Part shown: positions 31,412 through 40,130 of the stretch, piece by piece
Position numbering within the stretch: the first letter of the stretch is position 1
Layout of the letters: the number at the start of each line of letters is the position of its first letter
Assembly (NCBI GenBank): GCA_965197825.1
Contig: CBDANW010000002.1
Location: forward strand, 1,146,551 to 1,210,550
Origin: Candidatus Marinacidobacterales bacterium
GTDB lineage: Bacteria > Acidobacteriota > Vicinamibacteria > Marinacidobacterales > DATDRI01
Length of the DNA stretch: 64,000 nt
Direction: 5' to 3'
Program-made: the position numbers and the translations under genes
The notes under the pieces: model-generated
Seen by the model: only the letters and a program-made list of their open reading frames with translations
Told to the model about the DNA's origin: nothing
The model's database searches: none

Positions 31412-32500
31412 GTGGACTGTAACAACTGAACGTTTAGTGGTTTTAATGCGTCGTGACGGATCGTTGTAGGTCCACTTCACGGGCTTGGGGTCTTCGTTGT
31501 ACTTGCGAATGTAGCGCATGATCTTGCGGGTCAGGTCGTGGGTTGACGTGAACACGCCTCGATGGATCAGGGCACGCTCGATCTTGGAGAACCAGAGTTC
31601 GATTTTGTTCAGCCAGGAGGAATATGTGGGTGTGAAGTGGAGTCGGACTTTTGGGTTGGCCTCGAGGAACTGTGCGACCTTGGCGGTCTTGTGAGCCGAC
31701 AGATTGTCGAGGATGACATGTATTTCGCGCTTTCGCTTGTGGCTCGCAACCAGCTGCTCCAAGAAGGCGACGAACTCCTGGCTGGTATGGCGGCGGACAG
31801 TCTTGCCCAAAACCACCCCCGTCTTCGTGTCGAAGGCGGCGTAGAGAGAAAGCGTTCCATGCCGGACGTACTCGAAACCGTGTCGCTCGGCCCGCCCGGG
31901 AGACAACGGCAAAATCGGGTCCCGTCGATCCAGGGCTTGGATCGCCGTTTTCTCATCAATACAAAACACCGCAGCGTGCTGAGGTGGATTCATATATAGA
32001 CCGATGATATCCGCTGCCTTCGTCTCGAAATCCGGATCGTTGGAGGCCTTGTAATGCTCAATTCGGTGTGGCTGGAGACCATGCTTTTTCCAAGTGCGAG
32101 CCACCATCATGTGATGGATTCCCAGCTTCTTCGCAAGTCGACGCGTGCTCCAGTGAGTCGAGCCGTCGGTCGGTTTTTTCTGCGTCCACGAAAGAATCCG
32201 TGCTTCCATCCGAGGCGTGAGCACTTGAATCGGACGCCCCTCGTGACGCGCGTACAGACCTGCCAGACGCTCCTCCAAGAATCGGCGTTTCCACTTGCTG
32301 ATAAAAGGCGCCGTGCAGCCCACCGTCTGCTGCACCTGCGTATAGCTTGCACCGTCTGCCAGCAAGAGCAACATCCGAGCGATCCGCGCGTCATCCGCTC
32401 GACCGCTACAGCTCGAAACTCGTTTGCCAAGCTCCCTATGTTCCGCTTGAGTCAACACAACGGCTCTCCCTCGCATGAAAGAGATATTACAACTAAACAC
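31409..32500 (-). CDS. IS630-family (Tc1/mariner-like DDE) transposase
   Basis: HTH N-terminus, FCIDEKTAIQAL, HGFEYVRHGT, ILDNLSAHKT and FTPTYSSWLNKIELWFS motifs. The probable start is MRGRAV (32476). The stop codon is formed at the IS/target junction. Confidence 0.9.
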   Translation of the reverse strand: MFSCNISFMRGRAVVLTQAEHRELGKRVSSCSGRADDARIARMLLLLADGASYTQVQQTVGCTAPFISKWKRRFLEERLAGLYARHEGRPIQVLTPRMEARILSWTQKKPTDGSTHWSTRRLAKKLGIHHMMVARTWKKHGLQPHRIEHYKASNDPDFETKAADIIGLYMNPPQHAAVFCIDEKTAIQALDRRDPILPLSPGRAERHGFEYVRHGTLSLYAAFDTKTGVVLGKTVRRHTSQEFVAFLEQLVASHKRKREIHVILDNLSAHKTAKVAQFLEANPKVRLHFTPTYSSWLNKIELWFSKIERALIHRGVFTSTHDLTRKIMRYIRKYNEDPKPVKWTYNDPSRRIKTTKRSVVTVH

Positions 32501-32506
32501 TTAAAT
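31412..32506 (-). mobile_element. IS630-family insertion sequence (1095 bp) flanked by TA duplication
   Basis: Terminal IRs gtggactgtaacaactgaacgtttagtg / cactaaacacttaaatgttacagtccac. TA at 31410-31411 and 32507-32508. Removing the element restores an open frame ...EKAEHYFEAGRLANQLGDEEQAIRLF.... Confidence 0.9.
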
Positions 32507-32508
32507 GT

Positions 32509-33476
32509 TACAGTCCACTAGCCAACCAGTTGGGCGACGAGGAGCAGGCGATTCGACTGTTTCAACGAATCGACTCGTCGGATCAGAACTACGAAAACGC
32601 CACGCTGCTTCTCTCGCGGCTTTTCCTCAACAAGGGCATGGTTTCCCTGGCCCAGGAAAAGCTCCAGCGGGTCCTGCGGGATCGACCCATCGGCAACCAG
32701 ACGCTGGAACACTATTATTGTCTTGGTCTGGTCTACGAAAAGCTGGGCAAGCGTGACGAAGCGCTCGAAACCTTCCGCAAGGTCATGTCCGAGCGCTACG
32801 GTTACGAAGACGTCGAAGAACGGATCGCTCAAGCTTCTGTAGGATCGCGCGGTGGTCGAGCTCTTCCTGGCGGAGGCCAAGATCGCAAAGACCTTCGACC
32901 ATCCCAATCTGGTCCGGTTGCTCGGTTTGACGGAAATGCGAGGGCACAAAGTTGTGGTCACCGAGTACGTGGAGGGAAAGAGCCTCGACGCGCTCCTATC
33001 CGGAAACAAGCGGTTGGGCGTCAAACAAGCGCTCGATGTGCTGTCGACGCTTTGCATCGCGCTCGGCTACGCCCATCAGAGAAAGCTGCTCCACAAGGAT
33101 CTGAAGATGACCGATGTCTTGGTCGCTCGCGGGGGGCAAGCTCCGGCTCGCGGGGCTCGGACTGGGGGCGCTGCGGACACCCACGTCGGGAGAGGGCTAC
33201 CGGTACCCTCCTCCGGAGTTCCTTGCCGGAAGCCCAACCGATGCGCGAACGGACATCTACTCGCTCGAGGGAATGCTGTTTCATGCGATCAGCGGACTCC
33301 ACCCGGGAAGCCCCGAAGCGGCAGCCAACGGAGCCCCCCCGGCCCTGCGGAAACTGGTACCCGAAGTCCCCGACTCGTTGGACGAAATCGTCACTCGTTG
33401 CCTAGCCGAGAAGCCCGAGGAACGCTTCGCCAACGTCGCCGATCTGTACGCGGCGGCCAGCGAGCTGCGCAACTAA
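32509..33476 (+). pseudogene. 3' part of the same gene: TPR-like segment followed by a degenerate Hanks-type Ser/Thr kinase domain, with at least 2 frameshifts
   Basis: TPR-like LGLVYEKLGKRDEALETFRKVM (32530 frame). Kinase subdomains FDHPNLVRLLG, VVTEYVEGKSL, HKDLKMTDVLV (HRD/KPxN degenerate), LAGLGLG (DFG replaced), PPEF, DIYSLEGMLF and C-lobe VTRCLAEKPEERF are spread over three frames (32530, 32852, 33114). Confidence 0.6.
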
Positions 33477-33521
33477 CTCAACTCGCTTTGTGACTCCCGC
33501 CCCGACTAGAATGGCCCCACC

Positions 33522-34184
33522 GTGCAGTGTTGGTCTTGCGAAAAAGTAAAAGGCAAGCGATCTTGCCCCGCGCATGCCGGGGACAGCATTTGCTCGCGCT
33601 GCTGCGGCACGAAGCGTCGCGTGGAGATCCGATGCCCGGAAGATTGTCCGTACTTACACGGCGAGCACGATCCCCGTTGGGAGTCTCCCGGCCAAAAGAT
33701 GGAAGGCATGGACTTCCTTTCTCGATTCGGCCAGCTCTCCCGTGAACAAGTCCCCTTTCTGATCTTTTTCCACTCCCTGCTGTTCCGAGCCTCTCGGGAG
33801 CTCTCCGAAGCGCTGAGCGACGAAGAGCTCGTGGCCGTGGTCTCTACCCTGGGGCGCACCTACGAGACCTTGTCCAAGGGTGTCGTTTACGAGCACAAGA
33901 GCGAAAACATCCGACTGCAGAGCATCATCACACGATTAGGAGAGATCTTGGCCCAGCGCAAGGAGATTTCCGGCGTGCCTCCCGCCTCGGACGCTCACGT
34001 GCTTGCCGTGCTGGCGAGCACGCAATCCGCGATCGAAGCACAGAAATCGGCGGCCGATGGCCAAGAAAGCAAGAAGAGCTACTTGGATGTAGCGGAGCGC
34101 GTGTTCCACGCCGCGATCGCCGAGTTTCCGGAGCCAGAGATTCCCGGAGAGTCTCGAGCCGGAGGACTCATCGTCGAGCCCTGA
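33522..34184 (+). CDS. Hypothetical protein with N-terminal Cys-rich zinc-ribbon-like segment
   Basis: MQCWSCEKVKGKRSCPAHAGDSICSRCCGTKRRVEIRCPEDCPYLHGEH followed by about 160 aa with no recognisable motif. Confidence 0.4.
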   Translation: MQCWSCEKVKGKRSCPAHAGDSICSRCCGTKRRVEIRCPEDCPYLHGEHDPRWESPGQKMEGMDFLSRFGQLSREQVPFLIFFHSLLFRASRELSEALSDEELVAVVSTLGRTYETLSKGVVYEHKSENIRLQSIITRLGEILAQRKEISGVPPASDAHVLAVLASTQSAIEAQKSAADGQESKKSYLDVAERVFHAAIAEFPEPEIPGESRAGGLIVEP

Positions 34185-34271
34185 AAACCCTGGAAACAAC
34201 CACGACGACGGCGGGGGGCCCCACGCTCAAGTGCTATGCTATGCTGCTCTCTTTGAAAAAGAGCGATCCCC

Positions 34272-35298
34272 TTGGCGAAACGCCCCGTGGCAGCCGTTCT
34301 CGGCGATATCAACCGCGACCTCTTCGTGCGCGTTCGCCATTTTCCGAGACCCAGCTGGGATAACCCGACCGATGGGAGCACCTGGGCTCTAGGGGGTTCC
34401 GCCGCGAATACCGCGGTCGTGCTCGCTCGCCTCGACGTGCCGGCAAGCGTGATCGGAAGGATCGGCAGCGATCCCGAGGGGGCGCGCGCTTCTCAAGGAG
34501 CTCACCCGCTCCGGCGTCCATACCGGTGCCGTCCAAAAGGATCCTTCGCGGGCGACCGGGATTTGTATCGTCCCGGTGACCGCCGACGGAGAGCGCACGC
34601 TCATAGGGATCCGCGGAGCCAATTGCGCTTTGCAGCGAGACGGCATCGCGGAGGCGGTCGAGGGCATCCGACACTTGCACGTTTCGGGCTACGCATTGAT
34701 GCAGCCCGAATCACGCCGCGCCGCGGTGCTCGCCCTTGAGACAGCCAGGAAGCAGGGCGCCGTGACCTCGCTGGACTTCGGTTGGCAACCGGCCACCTCC
34801 GCCCCGGAGTTCGTTCGTCGCGCCCTCGGTCACGTCAGCCTCGCATTGCCCAGCGCGCAAGAGCTGAGAATGGCTTTGGGAGAAAGGCGCCTGAGCCGAG
34901 CAGCCAGCAAGGCACGGGCCATGGGAGTGGAGCATGTCGCGGTGACCCTGGGTGCGGGAGGTTGCAGGATCTTTTCGGGAGATGGGACGTTTCGAGTTCC
35001 TCATTTCGAGTCTCGAGCCATCAACACCTGCGGCGCCGGCGACGCATTCAACGCCGGTTACATACTCGGAATGCTGGAGGGAGCGAGTGCAGAGACCTGT
35101 GCCATCCTCGGAAACGCAGCCGGCGCCGCTGTCGTGGAGTCGGACTCGTCGCACGAGGCGGTGACCAGAGACAAGCTCTCGAAGATTATTCTTCGCGCAA
35201 AGGATGCCCCGAAACTCAAGCAGTTCGCTACCGCGGTTGATGACGCCATCGGACTGCTGTCGGCCAAATCGAAAAGAAGAAGGAGGAAAACGCGATGA
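34272..35298 (+). pseudogene. PfkB-family carbohydrate kinase (ribokinase-like) with a frameshift at a G5 homopolymer
   Basis: N-terminal frame (VAAVLGDINRDLF...ALGGSAANTAVVLARL) switches at about 34485 (gagggggcgcgc) to the frame of ORF 34576-35298. That frame carries the anion hole and ATP motif (TCGAGDAFNAGYILG). It has a Lys/Arg-rich C-terminal tail. Confidence 0.75.
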
Positions 35299-36146
35299 CT
35301 CCGGAATGGAAGAAGAAGCAAGAGGAGCTTCGCCTGCCAGGTCTACCGGACATGTTTGGTGTGGACAAGCCGATTATCGGCATGGTGCATCTCCCCCCGC
35401 TGCCTGGCTCTCCGAACTACGATGGGCGTGGACTCGATCCGGTGATCGAATGGGCCCTCAGGGACGTCGATACGTACCAGCGGGCCGGCGTCGACGGCCT
35501 CATCGTGGAGAACATGTGGGATCACCCGTACTTCGTGGGGGAAGATGTGCCGCCCGAGGCGATGACCGCGCAGGCGGTGGCGGCTCGCGAAGTCGTCAAG
35601 GCCGCGAACGTGCCGACCGGCATCAACGTGATCCATAACGGAGGACGGGTGACGCTCTCCATTGCGTTGGCCGCCGGCGCGACTTTCGTGAGGATCTGCA
35701 TCTTGACCGGAGCTCGCCTCTGGGACACCGGCGAGCTGGATCACGGCTGCGCGTCGCGATTGCTCCGTCATCGGAAGAACCTACGGGCCGAGCACATCAA
35801 GATCTTCGCGGACGTTGACAAGAAACACTCCCTGCCGTTTCCCGGCTTGGATTTGGAGACGCACATCGAGTGGACAGATTACTATTTAGCCGACGCGCTC
35901 ATCGTCTCCGGGCGAATGACCGGCGACGCCCCTTCGCTCGAGAAGGTTCGAAAGGCCAAAGAGCTCTCCCGAGGCCGCCCCCTTCTCATGGGATCCGGGA
36001 CGTCGGCCGAGAACATCGCCGACTTCCTGCGCTACGCCGACGGTGCCATCGTCGGGACTAGCGTGAAGGTCGACGGTCAGGGCGAAAACCCCGTTGATGC
36101 CCAGAGGATGGCCGCCTACATGAGAGCTGTGGAGCGTGGCGCGTAA
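35295..36146 (+). CDS. BtpA/SgcQ-family TIM-barrel protein
   Basis: IIGMVHLPPLPGSPNYDG and overall 283-aa length match the BtpA family. The start overlaps the pfkB stop (ATGA). Confidence 0.8.
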   Translation: MTPEWKKKQEELRLPGLPDMFGVDKPIIGMVHLPPLPGSPNYDGRGLDPVIEWALRDVDTYQRAGVDGLIVENMWDHPYFVGEDVPPEAMTAQAVAAREVVKAANVPTGINVIHNGGRVTLSIALAAGATFVRICILTGARLWDTGELDHGCASRLLRHRKNLRAEHIKIFADVDKKHSLPFPGLDLETHIEWTDYYLADALIVSGRMTGDAPSLEKVRKAKELSRGRPLLMGSGTSAENIADFLRYADGAIVGTSVKVDGQGENPVDAQRMAAYMRAVERGA

Positions 36147-36198
36147 GCCTCGCCGAAGCTCGGTAGGGGTCGCGAACGAACGAAAGCCCGCCTTCGCC

Positions 36199-36290
36199 CT
36201 ACGTCGCTCCAGTGAGGCTACGGCGGGCAACCTGCCGAACGTCGCCGGGGACATTCGCTTGCGACAGAGGGCAGGTTGCTGCGCCGGCGG
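36199..36290 (+). promoter_or_regulatory. Leader-region stem-loop (10-bp inverted repeat gcaacctgcc ... ggcaggttgc) upstream of the TLC-HEAT gene
   Basis: ggctacggcgggcaacctgccgaacgtcgccggggacattcgcttgcgacagagggcaggttgctgcgccggcggg. The stem arms are about 40 nt apart. It also contains the dispersed gctacggcgggca motif. Confidence 0.35.
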
Positions 36291-36356
36291 GACTGGCATA
36301 ACATATTGCCCCTTCATTGGGGACGTCAGGACTCTTGAATTGAGAGAGCTGCTTTT

Positions 36357-39158
36357 ATGAGCGATTCGTTCCTTCGTCGTCTTCTTTCGCCCATCCTCAC
36401 CCTACGGGAAGGCGAAGCCGCGACCGCGGTGAAGATGTTCATCTACTCCTTCCTGGTGATGACCGCCTACAACAACATCAAGCCCTCGGCGACCGCGAAA
36501 TTCATTGACGACGTCGGCGCGGACAACCTCCCCTGGGTCATGCTGGTGGCCGGTGTCGGCATGGGCTTCATCATGCAGTACTACAGCCGGCTGGTGGGCA
36601 AGCTTCCCCGCCTGTGGGTCTTGCCGGGAACACTGGTTGCAGTAGTCGGTACCTTGGTAGGCTTCTGGTTCCTCTTCCAGATCGGCCAAACCTGGGTCTC
36701 GGTCGCGTTCTATTTCTGGGGTCGGTTGCTCCTGGGTATTTTTCTCATCAGCCAGTTCTGGACCTTGGCCAACGATATCTACGATCCCCGGCAGGCCAAG
36801 CGCATCTTCGGCTTCATCGGTGGCGGGGCGAGCCTCGGCGGTATGACCGGGGCCGGGCTGACTTCGCTGCTAGCGAGGCGAGTGGGCGCGGACACCCTGA
36901 TTTTGTTCAGCGCCGGTATCTTGGCCATCTGCTTCGTTCTGGTGATTCGAATCCAACGAAAAGAACAACCCGCCGAGCGCGGCAGCATCGCCCGGAAGGA
37001 AACCCTCGGAGGCGGCGAGGCTTGGGCGATGGTCCGTCAATCGAAGCATCTAGGGCTCATCTCCTTGGTGATCGGCTTCGCCGCGCTGGGCGCGGTGACG
37101 GTCGAGCAGCAGCTCAACATGGCGGCCGAACAGTTCGTCCAGGGGGAAGACGGTATCGTTAGCTTTCTGGCGCAAATCACCTTCTACCTTTCCGCCATCA
37201 GCTTCGTCATCCAAATCTATTTTACGAGCCGCATCCACCGGTTTCTCGGCATTGGGTTCGCCTTGATGGTGCTGCCAATGAGCTTGGGGGCTTCGGCGTT
37301 TCTCATTCTGTTCCATCCGGTTCTCTTGTCGACGATGGTGGCCCGCATTACCGACACGTCGTTGCGCTACAGCCTCGACAAGACCACCCGCGAAGTTCTA
37401 TTCCAACCCCTTCCCAAAGAGACCAAGCTCAAAGCCAAGGCCTTCGTCGACGTTACGGCCGATCGGTTCATCGGAAAGGGACTCGGTTCAGTCGTTCTGC
37501 TGGTCATGCTGAAAGTCTTTGGTGTTACTTGGATGCAACTCAGTTTTCTCAGCCTCACCTATTGCGTCCTTTGGCTATTCCTGGCGAGGAAAGCAAAGAA
37601 GGAGTACACCGCCAGCTTCCGACGGAGCATCGAGCACTTGGATCTCGAACCTGTGGCGATGAGACCGCAAACGGCGGACGCGGCCACCGTGGAGACCCTC
37701 GTCGAAGAGCTGGGGAGCGCCGAAGAGCATCGTGTGCTCTACGCCATCGATCTCCTCGACTCCCTCGACAAGGCCAACCTGATTACGCCACTTCTCCTGC
37801 ACCATGAAGCCCCCGGAGTGCGTGCGCGAGCCCTGGCTAGCATCGCGGCGGCACGCCCCGAGCTCGTACACCGGTGGGCACCGGCCGTCGAGCGGGCCCT
37901 CAAGGATGAGAGCGCGGACGTGCGCGCCGCGGCGGTCACTGCCTTGGCGGCCATCCGCGGAGAGAAGAGTACGGAGTTGATGCGGCCCTATCTGAACGAT
38001 CACGATCCTCGCATCGTGGCCGCCGCCGCCGTGGTCATGGCCAGTAGCGATAGTGACGAGGACGTCGACGCGGCCGAGTCGGCGCTCCGACGAATCTCCT
38101 CAGACACCCGCGAGGGAGCGGCGGGGGCGCGGCGCCAAGCCGCGCGCGCCATCGCCCAGATCCAGAGTCCGCGATTCCGGAGCCTGCTCATCCCCCTCAT
38201 GTACGACGCCAACCTGGAAGTCGCCAAGGAGTCGATCGCAAGCGTGAGCCGCTTCGGTACGTCGGACTACATGTTCGTGCCGTCCCTCGTCTCACTCTTA
38301 CGACACCGCCGTCTCAAGAACATCGCGCGGCAGGTGCTGGTCAGTTACGGCGAGGGAGTCCTCGACGCGCTAGCGTACTTCCTGAAAGACCCCGACGAGA
38401 ACCCGTGGGTGAAACGGCACATTCCGGGCACGCTCGCCCGCATCCCGTGCGAGAGAACGGTGGGGATTCTCCTCGAAACACTCGATGACGATGACGGCTT
38501 CATCCGTTACAAAACGGTGACCGCTCTCGGGCAGATTCGTCGAGAGCATCCAGAGCTCACGATCGATCCGAAGCCCGTCGAGAAGCTCGCCCTCCGAGAC
38601 GCGTTGCGCTACTACCATTATCTCGGCGTTCACTACGGTCTATTCCAGAAAGAAGGTCTCGGGTCGGGCTCCCTCGTCGATCGAGCACTCGTGGAAAAGA
38701 TGCAGCGAGCACTCGACCGGGTCTACGAGCTGCTCGGGCTCATCTATCCTTGGAAGGACATCGCCGCGGCACGGTGGACGCTCGAACATGGCGTGGCTCG
38801 CTCCAAAGCCAGTGCCGCAGAGTACCTCGACAACATGCTCGGCGGAGACCTCCGCAAGCGTCTGATGCCAATCATGGAGGACATCCCCATCGAAGAAAAA
38901 GTGCACAGGGGCAACGTCTTCTTGAAGACACGCGTGCGGAGCACCGAAGAAACGCTGGCCCGACTCATCTATGACGACGATCCGGTCGTAGCTGCCACCG
39001 CGATCGATCTCGTTCGTGAGCAAAAGATGTGGTCTCTAGCAGACGATATCGAAGAAGTGCTTGCCTTCCGAGATGCAAAGGATTTCTTCGTCTTCGAGGC
39101 GGCGTCCTTCGCGCTGGCCGCACACCGACTTGGAGAGGAGAAGCCCCGTGCGTTTTGA
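36357..39158 (+). CDS. Fusion protein: TLC-family ATP/ADP-translocase-like membrane domain + C-terminal HEAT-repeat domain
   Basis: About 430-aa N-terminal region with about 12 TM helices and a TLC-like start (LSPILTLREGEAATAVKMFIYSFLVMTAYNNIKPSATAKF). It is followed by about 500 aa of PBS-lyase/HEAT-like repeats (HEAPGVRARALASIAA, ESADVRAAAVTALAAI, DHDPRIVAAAAVVMA ...). Confidence 0.75.
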   Translation: MSDSFLRRLLSPILTLREGEAATAVKMFIYSFLVMTAYNNIKPSATAKFIDDVGADNLPWVMLVAGVGMGFIMQYYSRLVGKLPRLWVLPGTLVAVVGTLVGFWFLFQIGQTWVSVAFYFWGRLLLGIFLISQFWTLANDIYDPRQAKRIFGFIGGGASLGGMTGAGLTSLLARRVGADTLILFSAGILAICFVLVIRIQRKEQPAERGSIARKETLGGGEAWAMVRQSKHLGLISLVIGFAALGAVTVEQQLNMAAEQFVQGEDGIVSFLAQITFYLSAISFVIQIYFTSRIHRFLGIGFALMVLPMSLGASAFLILFHPVLLSTMVARITDTSLRYSLDKTTREVLFQPLPKETKLKAKAFVDVTADRFIGKGLGSVVLLVMLKVFGVTWMQLSFLSLTYCVLWLFLARKAKKEYTASFRRSIEHLDLEPVAMRPQTADAATVETLVEELGSAEEHRVLYAIDLLDSLDKANLITPLLLHHEAPGVRARALASIAAARPELVHRWAPAVERALKDESADVRAAAVTALAAIRGEKSTELMRPYLNDHDPRIVAAAAVVMASSDSDEDVDAAESALRRISSDTREGAAGARRQAARAIAQIQSPRFRSLLIPLMYDANLEVAKESIASVSRFGTSDYMFVPSLVSLLRHRRLKNIARQVLVSYGEGVLDALAYFLKDPDENPWVKRHIPGTLARIPCERTVGILLETLDDDDGFIRYKTVTALGQIRREHPELTIDPKPVEKLALRDALRYYHYLGVHYGLFQKEGLGSGSLVDRALVEKMQRALDRVYELLGLIYPWKDIAAARWTLEHGVARSKASAAEYLDNMLGGDLRKRLMPIMEDIPIEEKVHRGNVFLKTRVRSTEETLARLIYDDDPVVAATAIDLVREQKMWSLADDIEEVLAFRDAKDFFVFEAASFALAAHRLGEEKPRAF

Positions 39159-40071
39159 GCTGCTCCCTCCCGTTCCCGCGGTTGCGCTGGCAGACCAGCT
39201 TCGTCGCATTCCCCTCTTCAGCTTCGTCAACGTCGATGAGCTGTTCCGGATCTCGTCGATCGCTCGTCAGGTGCGGTACGAAGTGGGTGCCACGATGCAA
39301 GAAGAAGGGACGCCGGTCGAGTACATCCAGGTCTTAGTGGAAGGCAGGATCCGGATCACCGGAAAGGCGCGCCAGGAGGAAGAGATGTCGCCTCCCGCGC
39401 TTCTGGGCTTCCGGGAGGTCTTGGAAGGTGCTCCGCTGCGGGAAACGGCGCAGGCGGTCGAAGGCTCCGTCTGCCTGGCGATCGCGGCCGAGGAGTTCCG
39501 GGCTCTTTTGTCGGACAACATCGAGCTAGCGCAGGGCCTGTTCCAGCAGCTCTTGAGCGCGCCCTCGAAGAACGAACGCCCCAGCTTGATGAGGCGTGGC
39601 GTCCATTTGGAAGAAAGACCACGGGCCTTGGAAGCGGGCCAGGAATTGAAACCCATCGAGAAAGTCCTGCTTCTCCAAGAGCTACCCGTTTTTTCCAGGA
39701 CCACCGCCGACGAGCTCTTTGCCCTAGCGGCGATCGCCCGGGAGTTCCCTCTCGTCGACAACGAAGGCGTCTTCAACGAGGGGGATGCGCCCGCGCTTCA
39801 CATCGTCTTGTCCGGCGAGTTTTCCGTCCAGTCACCCGACGACGATGGGCAAGCGGAAGTCGTCAGGGCCGGCGACGTTTTGGGGCTCCACGAGACACTG
39901 GCAGGGACGCCATTAGATTGGCGCGCCAAGGTGACAAAAGGGGGGATGGCACTACGGATCGAAAGGGACAAGTTGTTCGAGGTGTTAGCGGATCAGGAAG
40001 ACCTGCTCCAGGCCCTGTTCAGCGCACTCTTCCACTCTTCCGCTTCACCCGGCAATCTCGATTCGGCCTAG
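39147..40071 (+). CDS. Protein with two cyclic-nucleotide-binding (cNMP/CAP effector) domains
   Basis: The GTG start overlaps the upstream stop (ccc GTG cgt ttt ga). Two repeats each show the LRRIPLF...VDELF... pattern and GD.LG...L beta-roll elements (LLGFREVLEG; GDVLGLHETLAG). Confidence 0.8.
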
Positions 40072-40130
40072 TGCCCTGTACGGGTGTTGTTCGGAGCGTG
40101 TCTGCCGCCGGCCCAGTAGGAGCCGCAGAG

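Noticed and set aside
35343-35771. 142-aa minus-strand ORF antisense to btpA, and others in 34309..35154
   Set aside because: Antisense to well-supported PfkB and BtpA genes.
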